Under the pieces are notes generated by a model. That model saw only the letters and a list, made by a program, of their open reading frames with translations, had not been told where the DNA came from and made no database searches. A stretch of 64,000 nt of DNA from Mytilus trossulus (taxonomy: Eukaryota): assembly GCF_036588685.1 (NCBI RefSeq), contig NC_086373.1, positions 73,346,001-73,410,000 of the forward strand. Reading direction: 5' to 3'. Made by a program: the position numbers and the translations under genes. Each line of letters starts with the position of its first letter. Position 1 is the stretch's first letter. Positions 1 through 13,200 of the stretch are shown in pieces.

Positions 1-700
1 CCTTTAGGGGCGGTTCTAGGATTTTGAAAGGGGCGTTGTTCTATCAAATTAAAAAAAATCCCCGAGTGAAGCGAGACTAAAGACAATATTGACGATTTGA
101 AGCTAAAACACGATACTTTGTCAAATCCAAGGGTTAACGACCTTTTCGCCCGAATCCACCATCTCCCTTGAAATTACAACAAAGTTAAACTTCGTACAAA
201 CATCGTAGTTTCCAAATAGGAAAAAGAAAGGTTTCTCATTCCTTCATATTTTTTTTTATCTAAGCTGGGACATAAACTATTTTATTATATTTTGTGTACA
301 ACGTAAATCTAAATCAGTGTTTTAAAGTTAAAAAGAAAGTTAAAACCAATTTTTGTTAATTTCTGCCCAAAAAGAATTGTATCTAAGAATATCCGAATAT
401 AAAGAAATCAATCTGATCTAGATTAGTTTCAGACTCAATGGAATTTATAACGACTTTTTGAATATCCGAATATAAAGGAACTATTTTAGGATCGAATTTA
501 ATGAGGACTGGTAATATTTAAGATTGTTTTAAAACAGGGGGATTAGCTTGAGATCAATCAGACTTCATTTAGATGGATGTGTCTTAAAAAGTAATACAGA
601 AGAGAAAAAGAAATTGGGGAAAGGGGGGGGGGGGTTGCGGGGAGTAAAAGGTTTTGAAAGAGAAACGTATTTTCTGTTTATTTAACATTTTAAATTTAGG

Positions 701-811
701 CAATCTTATTTAAATAAGTTCTCATCACTTGCTCCTCGATTTTTTATATGTCACACGACGACATATAAGAAATCGAGGAGCAAGGGATGAGAACTTATTT
801 TAATAAGATTG
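701..811. mobile_element. 111-bp palindromic MITE with 9-bp TSD (Mutator-like)
   Basis: 52-bp arms with 3 mismatches, 7-nt loop; aaatttagg at 692-700 and 812-820. Confidence 0.85.
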
Positions 812-1230
812 AAATTTAGGTAATATAATATCTTCCTCGGTTCTTTTTCTCTGTAAGCATATCATTGAGGGAAAGAAATTCAAAAGCAATTATTCTGATT
901 TAAACTCAATAACCCTTGCAGTTATGTTTTTTTTTATATTCATACACCGATTTGAAAGTACACAGTTTGTGAAAGTCTTAATCGTCACCAATTAAATAAA
1001 AAAATGGGAATAAATTTAACAGAAACAATTAAAAAAAAAAAAAAACCCCATTAAATCGCAATTTTAGAATGAGTCTAAATATATATTTTTTTATCAATTT
1101 TAAACTTACCAAAAGTCGTATTTTCGCCTTGCTTTACCCTGCAAGAAACTTTCCTATGATCCGTGGATTGCGGACTGACGTCAACATTTCTAAAACGTTC
1201 ACGTAAATTGATGGCGTCATGTGTTAAAAC

Positions 1231-1379
1231 AGTTATTGGCCAATCAAATCGGTATATGGAATTTAATCTGCACAGCGCGAGATGACCCAATAACTCGAAC
1301 TCCTACGTCGTTCGGGTTATTGGGTCATCTCGTGCTGTGCAGATTAAATTCCATATACCGACTTGCTTGGTCAATAACT
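1231..1379. repeat. ~70-bp-arm palindrome
   Basis: agttattggccaatc...taactcgaac / gttcgggtta...ttggtcaataact, few mismatches. Confidence 0.9.
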
Positions 1380-1538
1380 ATAACATATTATCGCTATTTC
1401 GTGCATTTTTCCTATGATCTTTTTTTGTGATAATTTTTATATCATGCTACTCGCTAGAAACTAAGGATGCAAGTGGCGTGCTAATGAAATTGACATGAAA
1501 TTGACAACGTCGTCATAGGTAAAATAGCGATCATAAAC

Positions 1539-1638
1539 AGATTATCATTGGTCATCTCAACTCGATTGCCTTTCTCGCTTTCGCCGTTACCCGCTCAAGC
1601 GAGAAAATCAATTTCGTTGAGATGATCAACGATAATCT
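1539..1638. repeat. Imperfect ~45-bp-arm palindrome
   Basis: agattatcattggtcatctcaac...ttctcgctt / aagcgagaa...gttgagatgatcaacgataatct. Confidence 0.8.
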
Positions 1639-4282
1639 ATAAATATAGGAGAAACTTAGTTTTTTCTTTATCTATGAAACATAAAACGACAGACTGGGTG
1701 AAATTCAATTAGAGAATAGCTTTTCATTAATATTTCTGAAAATACACAAATATTGTGATATCAAATTCAATATGATTATCTGCCCATGGTTTTAAAAAAA
1801 TATTTGCTGAAATTTTAAATACACCTCACGACTTTTGATTTTTTGATAGTTTGATCTTTTAATTTTAGCGTTTTTGCTTTATGTTAAGTGATACTTGCCA
1901 CGGTGTATAAATATTATTTCAACCAAAAAAAGATATTTTAAAACATGCCCACAAGGGATGCACAGCGAAAGATACCCGATCTACCTTTAAATATGAGGCT
2001 ATCTATCTTCATATTTCCGCACTCAGTCACAACTTTGACTATTACGTGCCGTAATAGGCATAATTTTATAAGGCTGTACTTTAAAACCTGACCGTGGAAG
2101 GGCTGTATAGCCAGTCAATGTCGTTAAAATCTTCCGTCGTCGTTGCTGTGAAATGAAACCAGGCGTGTCGTTTGCATTCTCGAGTAAATTGTTTCCCATT
2201 TTTATCAACTCGACACCTTTGATACTTTCTACGGTTTGGGATTTCCTTTTAATAATTATAGTGGTTAAAAACCAAACAGTAAACTATAAATGCTTACATC
2301 CACGTCATTTTGTATCTGCTGAATAGTTGTGACATGCGTATAATTGTCTACCTTAAATTTTCATTATTTATTAAAATAATGTTCAATGATTTAAAATTTG
2401 TGATACTTACATTTCAACAAACATTTCCTGATTATTTTTTATAATATATATGTTGCAAACCAGATAACAAAGTGACTGATGTTGTATTTTGCAATGTGTT
2501 TTTTCTCAAGAAAATTACTTTTTGGAGAACCTTAAATAATGCTAAGAGAATATATATATGGGGAGGTGTGCATAATTCTAAAAACTTTTAATTTCAGCAT
2601 TATCAACCAAAAAATAAAACAACAATTTCATACTACTATATATCTTTTTAGGTCCAAGGACACAGTTATCGTCCTTTGGTACGAATATAGTCCCTAGTGA
2701 AAACAGTGTATAACTTGCATGTTTTATTTAATACACTTTCCCAATTTATTTCTTTATATTAAATGCATGAAATATTAAGTAGGGGGATGTAATTACATGT
2801 CAAAAAAATTTGGGTGCTGAAACTTTATGTTAAGTAGTGATTTGGTCCAGTTCTGAAGCTGTCAAACTGAATTTTACATCCCCTTAACACAGAATTGTCA
2901 ATAATTTGAGTTAGAGCTGGGAGAAGTTTCTATAATTTTGATATTATTTGTCTCACTGGTAGGACACTACACTGTAAAAATATTTTTGAGAAAGAGCATG
3001 TGCGATTTTTTTAATTTGAATTTATTGTCTAAAAGAAATGCACTACGAAATAACTGTGTTCTCGGGCCTTTTGACCAAACTCAGTTAACGTACGTACATA
3101 TTCCTGATACTTTTAGTGAACCCCTAGTCTCATGAAAAATATCATTCATTTGTAAAGGGGTTGTCGTTTGGTGTTTTATATCGTATTTGTTTTTCGGTTT
3201 ATTGTTTTGTACATAAGTCGGGTTGCCGAATAGTTTTCTCGTTTGAATGGTTTTACATTTATCAATTTGGAGTCTTTTATAGTCTGCTGTACGGTATGAG
3301 TTCTGCACATTGTTGAAGGTCGTATGGTGAACTATATAGTTGCCTACGTCATTTAGTCTCTCGTGGTAGGATTCAACCACATCTTCTCATTCTTATATCA
3401 TATAGACTTATAAAAAAATGGGGTAGGTGCCATTACAATATCTTTCTGAATTTGTGTTTATTTTGTTGTGACTCATTGACGTTATTCAGCGCATCTTTTT
3501 TATTCCTGGTATTTACTATTTTTTCTATTGCAGGATATTAATTCTTAGTCAATTAGTAGAAGTGTAATAAAGTTTTCCTTGATTGGATAACTGCATGTGG
3601 TGAAACAGGTTGACAAGTCAAACACTTATTATATTTTATTTCACACGAGTGACAATATTTTTCACAGCTTTTACAGTAATTAAACGCATCTGACATGCAA
3701 TATTCTTTTTACGACACATACAACACAAAATGTTTGTTGACAAACTGTGATATTAATTTTATTTATTTTACGTCTGGTATCTCAATATGATGTGAATGCA
3801 GTTAATACATGTATACTAATTATAGATGTGGTATTATCATTATTTAGTTTTACAATGTTCTAAAGAAAGTCGCATTTGCATTGTTAGTTTTTAATGCGAT
3901 CTGTGCATTATATATACACATAGATATAATAAATATATTAATAAGTGCTGCATCCTTTAACAGAATTTAAACATCCGTGTCAATGACTTGCAGTATATTA
4001 TAATCAAATGGTCAATCGACCAATATCGTCAGCTTGAACCATGATTCTTGCAATTTAAAGGAGTTCATGCCATCGATTTATTAGGTTGTATCATTAGTAG
4101 GAAAACTTGATATTAATTTTAGTGTTTGATGAATGTTAATAAGCAGTTCTCCTTTAATGAGACATAAACAACTCTGCGTTAAGGCGTAACTACATGTAGT
4201 GGTATCAATATTGGAAATCTTACGGATTAGAAAATCATTATAGGATTAGAAGAGCAGAAGAATTGAAAGGATCGAACTCGAG

Positions 4283-4285
4283 ATG
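4283..4285 (+). CDS. GUCY1B2: sGC exon 1 (coding part is ATG only)
   Basis: GAG ATG|GTAAGT perfect donor; an ATG-only first coding exon is the usual sGC beta architecture and exon 2 begins in phase 0 with TAT GGA (Y2-G3). Other ATG|GT candidates cannot be fully excluded. Confidence 0.72.
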
Positions 4286-7200
4286 GTAAGTCAGTGAATT
4301 TATTTTTTATATCAGTTTTTTTTGTATATCATTTAATAAAGTTTGAAAAATATGGCCGTTTTTACACTACAAAATCTACTATGAGTACAGATAAATTGAT
4401 GCATCTAGGAAAATGTTAAGGCATGACAGGACCTAAATATATAAAAGTTAATATATATAGTGTATGTTTCAGAAAATTAAAAACTTACCTATGTTTTGAT
4501 TTGCATTTTTTTCTTCCGCAGGAGATAGCAAAATAAACAAACACTCGAGTTTCATTCGATACGGTCCACTCAGTTACACAGTTGAAAAAATCACATATTT
4601 TTGGCAGATGTCTATTGTCTATCAAGAACTTCTTCATTTAAATCAATACATGTACTATATGAGGGTGGCTTCTAGTTCTTCATTTCAAACTTAGTTTATT
4701 TTGGCACCTTCTGCAGGAACGAAAAAAATGAAAAGCAAAATCTAGTTAAGTTTTCAATGTTTTTGAACTTTAAATGCATTTTAATTTTACTTATCTAGGT
4801 CCAACCGACCTAAAACTTTTGAAGATGCACTGGTCTGTCTGTAGTCAGATTGAAATGTGTCGTGTAAATACGTCCATATTTGCAAAAAGGTTATGCTGAA
4901 CCTTAAAATTTTGTTTTCATTACAAAATTCCAGAAATATAAGCATTATATTTTAAATATTACTCTCATTTAAATTTTAAATATATTACTTCCATGATATA
5001 AGTCTCAACAAATATTATAATCAAATATGCTTCATAACCGGATTTTCTACAAATTTAAATTTCCAAAGAGAAATTCGAGAATTTTAAAATATTATCAGAA
5101 ATCACGATATTTTGATAATGTCAAAAGAACTGAAGCTTAAACAGAACAGACATTCTTCCAAACAAAAAAATACCGACAAACATACACACATGGAAACAAC
5201 GGAAAGCACTAAAAACTAAAGCTGGAATACAATTAGAAGCATAATATAAAATACATGAAGGGTCAAAAAGTGAGAAAAAAACTCGTTCTATTCCGATATA
5301 TCGCTTTCAATGAAAATGAAACCAAGTCAACAACATGGCACTCAGAACACATTAGAATACAACAGCGTTATGCTGGCACTATGAACTCCTGGGTGCTTAG
5401 TTCAATTTTGTCATGTTGAAGCTTGCTTTGAATGGAACTTCTACACAAAAAGATTTAGGCGGAAGAAATGTCTTACCAATACTAGAAATTTTGGATACTT
5501 TCAACATGTCAATCATATCTGTATCGTGTGCACAACGCGCTTTAAGCGTGTATTTAAGCGTACGAGAAGCGTACCTTAGCGTTAATCGGGCGTTCAAGTA
5601 ACGTGTGTGGGCGTATGGCTGGCGTTTGTCTAACGTAGATGGAATGCACGCTACGAAGAAAAACAAAAGTCTCTTGAACGTATTTGAAACGCGTCCTGGT
5701 CGTATCTGGGACGATAATCCGTGCTTTCGGCGTGTCTGCGACGTTTTATTATGGAATGTTTGTTACGAACATACCCGCATACGTTTTAGTTAAAGTCGAA
5801 CGATCTTGAAGCGTATACAACGTGCCCTAAACGTGTCTCAAACTTATCTGTAGCGTTTTCAACGAGCTTGTAGCGTATGTATTGCGTTCGTGTAGCGTAC
5901 AGGTATAAGCTAGACAAACGCTTGAGCTGGATGAAAATTTTTAAGCTGCATAAAAATTTCATGGAGTTAAAGCGTTCACCAAGCGTATATCTTTGCATTT
6001 GGACGTACTTTAAACTTATGCAACGCGCGTTTAACGATTGCTTAGCGTTCCTCTGGGGTGCAACTAACGAAGTCGACTTTATAAATTTTCTCTGTTCGTC
6101 TGGTGCACGCCGGTTCATCATCAGAACCCGGTTTTGTCTTTTGACGGGACTCGCTTTTATTTATTTTTCAAAACACATGTTTATAAAAGCCAAATCGCTA
6201 TCACAATCCCTTTCGTATACCGCATTGTACTTACCTACAAACTAAGTTGAAATAGTGTAGTACTCTGCACAGATACTTAATAGTACTGGTATTTTGGCTA
6301 TGTTCATGATTTACGGCCGTTTGGAATTGCGACCGTCTATAGGATAAAATTAGATTTATTTTGGTTAACGTCCTTCAATGTAAGATTGTTTTAAAACGTG
6401 TAAAAGCATATTTTTTTTTTATCAAAATGGATGGCTTCAAACGCAACTTATAGCTCTGAATATAATTTGGATGAAATGAAATTATGTAAAATATTGTTGA
6501 GAAATGTTTTCAAGATTATAATGTATTATATACTCTTTCAAAGAATTATTATTCATTGTCCCGCAGTAAAAAATGAGAACAATGCTATTGTTATTAAAAT
6601 AAGCAGGCATTAAACTAGATGTTTACGGATTCAAATTAAAAATAAGGTTATCGATATCGATATCAGGACATTGTGTGACGTCAGCTTGCAAGAGAATTGA
6701 AAGTGCAAAAGTATTTAGAATTTATTGGGATACACTGACTCCGTCGTAAATTGCAGAATTTTTTAATATTATTTTTATTTTTTAAGCGCTTTCTCCATGT
6801 AAAATGAGTGCAAATAGTTCAAGAACTGGGTATGCTCAAAAGGACATATATAGGACTAATTAGGCATGCATAATTATGCCAGTCTTATAGATGTTTAATG
6901 ATTAAATTCAAGTGCACAGTTTTGAATATTTTTTGTATGATTTTGCAATGATTTCATTTAATTGCACAGCTGCATACATTCACATGTATAAATGTAGTAA
7001 GATTAAGAATGGAAATGGGGAATGTGTCAAGGAGACAACAGCCCGACCACATAACAGACATAACAGCAGATGGTCACCAATAGGTCCTCAATGCAGCGAG
7101 AAATTCCCTTACCTGGAGGTATCCTTCAGCTGGCCCCTAAATAAATATGTATACTAGTTCAGTGATAAAGAACACATGTACTAAACTCCAAATTATACAC

Positions 7201-10200
7201 AAGAAACTAAAGTTAAAAATAATACAAGACTAACAAAGGACAGAGGCTCCTGACTTGGGACAGGCGCAAAACTACGGCGGGGTTCAACATGTTTATGGGA
7301 TCTCAACCCTCCCCCTATACCTCTAGCCAATATAGAAAAGTAAACGGATAACAATACGCATATTAAAATTTAGTTCTAGAGAAGTCCGAGTCTGATGTCA
7401 GAAGATGTAACAAAAGAAACTAAACAAAATGACAATAATACAAAAATAACAACAGACTACTAGCAGTTAACTGACATGCCAGCTCCAGACTTCAATTACA
7501 CTGTTTGAAAGGTTATGTATTCATCATATGAATATCAGGCACAACCACTCCAGTTAGGGATATAGTATCATATCATCACATTATATATGAGAAGAACACT
7601 ACCCGTGTCATGCCACCAACTGGGTTTTAAATAAATGTGTTTAGTTCGGATGCAAAGACCCTATAAGTGAATCAATATTAAAGCCAAAATATGCCATCTT
7701 TAATGACCTGACAACAGTATCGTAACTTTATCCCTTCTTAATAAGTCTATTTAAAGGTTTTGTTAGCTTCTGAGGTGATTACTGACATGTTTGTGCTTTA
7801 TAAAGAATATTACCATAAAAGATTGGATGTGAAATACCTGAACGTATAAGAAGTCTGCATGTAGAGTTATATTTACGAATGATGTCCTTGTACCGATGAT
7901 AAAATTTAGTAAATGTTTTGAATAGTTTGTAATATCGAAATCCCTGGTGTAAAAATTTTTCAGTAATACAGAAATTTCTCTCGTTAAAATCTAAAACGTT
8001 GTTACATACAGGAGCGAATCGTACAAGTTAAGATATATAAACACCGTAAGATGGTGACAAGGGAACGTCACCATAAGAAAATGGATAATTTACGATAGGA
8101 AATGAAAAATCATCTCTTTTATCATACATTTCAGTATTAAGCTTCCCGTTAATGATATAGATATCAAGATTGAGGAAAGGGCAGTGGTCATTGTTAGTAT
8201 TAGCTTTATGTAAAGTAAGTTCAACATGATAAATTTCTTTAGTATACATACTGAAGTCGTCTTATTGAGAGCCAATATATCATCCAAATATCTAAAAGTA
8301 TTATTAATTTTTTGTATCAGATGTTGTTTCGATGGGTCTTTGCTGATTTTTGTCATAAATTGTAAATTATAGCAATACAAAAACAGGTCCACAATAAGTG
8401 GTGCACAGTTAGTCCCCATTGGAATTCCGATAACCTGACGATATACGGAATCTCCAAAGCGAACAAAAAAGTTATCTAGTAAAAATTCAAGAGCATATAT
8501 ATATCAAAGTATGTCCAATTGACATATAATTCTTTTGTTTATTGCTACTTAAAATGACCTAAAAGAGTTTGAACATATATATTCACATTCTGACTTTTTA
8601 AATGCCCTTTAATTAGGTGTGTGATTTTTTTCTTAATATGAATGTGAGGCAATGTGGTATATAGGGTAGAAAAATCGTAGTGTTTACTTTTACAATTTAT
8701 ACAGGAATCGTGCATGGTGCACAGATCGTATGCACATTGTAAAACAACGTATTCAAATTCAATATAGCAATTGTAAAACTGGGTTCTATGCTCAGTTCTA
8801 CAAAATCATCGTAAATCTTTATACAGTTATGATGCAAGCACCACCCGCGTTTGGCGTAGCAAAATATAAGTCGGATATTTTATAAGCTTTTTTAACAGGC
8901 ATCTGTACACAACCTTCATATTTACTCCATAAAAACGTTTTAGTGTTAAATCACTTCTCGTCGATATTCGTAATCAAACTAGATGTTGACTTTTTATTTT
9001 GAAAAGGCGTTACGAGTTGATTTCAATTTTCGTCCTTTTCTTTTTTCTTTGTACCTCTTTACCTGACTATTAAACATTATATTCAGTACGTTGATGATTT
9101 TCTGTAGCAAAAGAAGAATACTAAGCTGCTTTTTTCTTAAAACAGCTATGTACACAAAATTTCAAAGTTTTGAAATGACGTTAATCAAAGCACTCTTTTC
9201 CTAATATAATTTTCATCCTTACTGTACATTATTTGAGGCATGTATTATTTGATTTTTCTTTCGTTCATTCATTTACTTCATTTAACGATTAACGAGAAAA
9301 CAGAATATTCCTAAAAATTGAAATTTACGCATAAACAAAATTTGTTCTGTCCAACGAGCTTTCACCTCCGAGTTTTTACCGCTTTAAAATGGATCAAATC
9401 CGAAATATCGATATCCATGGAATGTATAACTGGTTAAACTCGCGAAAAGTAGTATTTTTTGGCTATTATTTACCATTATTTGAACAGTTTTTTTCATTCA
9501 TTCTTTATGTTGTTGTTTTTTGTTTATGTTCAAAAGAAAATACAAAACGAATACTAATCTTTTTCAGTATGGACATATACACTTGTGTATAAAGGAATTA
9601 GTACTAGATAAGTTTGGACAAGAAGTATGGGACAATATTTTGTAAGTATTAGAAACGATTTGCTTTAGTTTTTTGTGAATGTAAATTCGAATGGTATTTA
9701 TTAAAAAAAAAAATCTGGTATTCTATGTCGTTCACCAGTTTTTACAATGACGAAATGATAAGCCTAATAACTCCCTCAGCCAAAGATAAGGGCATACGAT
9801 ACAGTTGTTTATCTATTACACCACTGTCCCATATTATTTTTGGGGAAGGGTACCGACTAACATGTTTAGCATTCTGTATGTGGTATTCGCAAGTCATGAA
9901 TATAGGAAACAGTACTATATCGCTGTTCGAAATTCTTGAATATATTGATGGAAAACAAATTCAGGTTACAAACTAAAACTGAGGGAAACACATCAAATAG
10001 AAGAGGAAAACACTCACAAAAACACTAAAGTGCAACAAAAAAACAAACGACAATGCAACACACACAGAAACGAACTAGAAGATAACAATTGCCATTTTCC
10101 TTACTTGGTACGAACATTTAAAGAAAAAATGATGGGTTGAACGTAGTTTTGTGGCTAAACAAACCTCCCGCTTTTACGGCAATATTAAATATAACACGTA

Positions 10201-13200
10201 TATGAAAACAATACATGATAGGACTACAATACAAAAAATGGAAGAACATTCAAGACAGAGAAATACACAAACTAACAATACAGTAGAACATTACGACATG
10301 CTAATAGTTATTAAAGGAACCAGACTTATAATTTTATACGCCATACACGTGTTTCGTCTACATAAGACGCACCAGTGACGCTCAGGTCAAAATAGTAAAG
10401 AAATCTAAACAAAGACGAAGAACCCTGATGACCTAATAAACGTGGAATTCAGTGTTGGTTTTTTGTTTTTCGTTTCTGCATTCTGTATAAATTATTCGTT
10501 TATCATTTTGTACAGATCGTTCTTGTAATGACAAAGATAGCCATACAAACATGTTTTAACCCCACCACATGCTATATATGCCTACTTCAAGTCAGGAGCC
10601 TGTAATTCAGTGGTTGTTGTTTGTTGCTATATATCATATTCTTTTTTCGTTTATTATTTTGTACATAAATCAGGCCGTTAATTTTCTCGTTTGAATGGTT
10701 TTACAATTGTCTGGGCCTTTTATAGCTGACTATGTGGTATATGTGTTTCGCTCATGGTTAAGGCCTTACTGTACCTATATTTGTTAATTTCTGTGTCATT
10801 TGGTCTCTTATAGAGAATTGTCTCATTATCAATCACAGTATATTTGCTTATGTTTGTATGTTCTAAATGTACTACTGTTTTGGAATAAATATTAAGTCAT
10901 AAACTAGGCCATACTAACCTGATTTATTAATTTTAGTGCAGAATATGAACATACAACACTTTATCGATAGTTTTAGATATGACAACATATTAAACATTAA
11001 TCTATAATGAGACAATTTCAAAAGACTATCTAATTAGATGGGTCTTACCGTTTACATTATTTTAATTTAAACTTTATACTGCTTTTTCTTAGACACTAGA
11101 CATTAGCGTTAATTTTCTAGCAGATCAGTCGAGATATAATGTAATAGTTTCAATGTTTAGCTAATCTATACGAGTAAACTATCGCAGTAAAATCGTTACT
11201 GTCTGAAAAATTCAATATAATTATAGGCTTGAAGAAGTTCATAGATTGAGATTTTAAATACATTGAGTAAAAATATTAACTTTAAAGTAGTTAATTACGT
11301 TCACATATTTTTCCAACAGTGTTTAAACTAAATCAGTCACTGATTCAAACACTTATACGCCAGACAGCAATTAATAGTAGATCTACAATGATTTGAATTG
11401 CCGTATCCATGGGGATTTATCATTGATACATCCCTGCAAGATGATCAAATACGAAATGCAAATATTCGAAAATAAAAATTATAATAAGCTTCTTGTTTTA
11501 TTGTCATCTATTGTCATCAAATAAAAGAAATAAGCGTAATGAAACTTCACAGAGTAAACCGCTTTTTATAACACCAAATCTATGAAGTGTCAAGTTACAT
11601 AAGAACCAGGAAGTGAGGAAAACATGACAAACATGACAAACACGACGAACAAAAACCTTTTCAAGGTTACATCAATTTTAAGCTCAATATGTATAATGGT
11701 GCATGAATATAACAAATGTTTCCTCTTCCTGTTCTAGTTTGTCAATTTATCATTTGATTGAAATGCATTAGAAATTAACAAAAGCTCTAATTATTTCTTT
11801 TATTCTAACCAAAATTTATTTAGACATTTCTCTAAGTATCAGACACACAGAAACAATAAACCTACCATTTTTTACCCAGGTCGCGGGTCACTTCAAAATA
11901 AGATGGTCAGTTCGTCGGGGTTTCTTCGATCGTGGTTCAAAATACTTCTTTAAAATTCTTCCAACTTGCCTGATTCTTACAAAGACTGGCTCTAAAAGCT
12001 AAACTTTTTTTCATTTGATCATAATAACACTCTTCTCTTCATGTATAATTGTAGTATGTTTATTGTAAATACAATTTTGTAAACAATTTTATATAAACAG
12101 TTATATCTGGTGCAGAAAACTTTGTTTTAGATTTATGAGTTTGACTGCCCCTTTGGTATCTTTTGTCCCTCTTTTATTACCACTGGGTCGATGTCTCTGC
12201 TGGTGGACATTTTGTCCCCGAGGACATCTTCCGCCCAGTAGCAAAACTAGCCATGGCGTTGTCAGTTTGTTTTAGATTTATGAGTTTGACTGTCCCTTTG
12301 GTATCTTGCGTCCCTCTTTTATTACCACTCGGTCGATTTCTCTGCTGGTGGACATTTTGTCCCGGAGGACATCTTCCGCCCAGTAGCAAAACTAGCCATG
12401 GCGTTGTCAGTTTGTTTTAGATTTATGAGTTTGACTGTCCCTTTGGTATCTTTCGTCCCTCTTTTAGTATGATATGTTTTAATATTTGTAGTATGCAAAA
12501 GGTAAAAGACCTATTACTTTTTTTCCAATTAAGATACTTTACAGTGATTTGAGAATATATATATTACGATCAACTGCATAGCCTTGTATACCTACCATGT
12601 AAATATTTCAATTACACAATTTGTTTTCAATTCCACGAATAAAGGTCTTGATAGTTCACCTACACAGTGATACTGGTAGAACTTTACATAACATAGATTT
12701 AAAGACTCTAACTATGACAAACATTTATTTATTGTACATATATCAAGGAAGATTTAGAAATGGAATAGTTCATTTTCATCGCCATTAATAGGTATCACAA
12801 TCAGGTCAACATTTTATCATATTGTTTGCATCGTGTCTAGTACAAAGCATCTTAGATTAACACCAACAAATATAACCGGACGGGAGTAGTCAACAGTAGG
12901 TCGTATGTGAGTAGCTACGATGTTTTGCAAATATGAGACAGAAACAAAAAGTGTACTATCACTTAGTACATAGTGTAAGCTACGACTTATTCGTTCGTGT
13001 TATGGTTATGAAGACATCCAGGAAATGAAATATATTTGAAAATTCAAAGACAGTTCGTCTCCAAAACGATAGATCACAAACAACAATGATAAACTAGAAA
13101 TTCTAACTGTTTAAATATCTTAAAATATTGTCTTTCGACGGGTGATTTACTAAGAGTAAAACGTTAAATAAAGTAAAATTGTTAGTAATTTATCAAATGA

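Noticed and set aside
5397-6245. Cluster of overlapping 60-120 aa ORFs on both strands
   Set aside because: GC-richer, AGCGT/AACG-rich repeat-derived DNA with no recognisable domain; similar in character to ~29290-29670. Element ends could not be defined.
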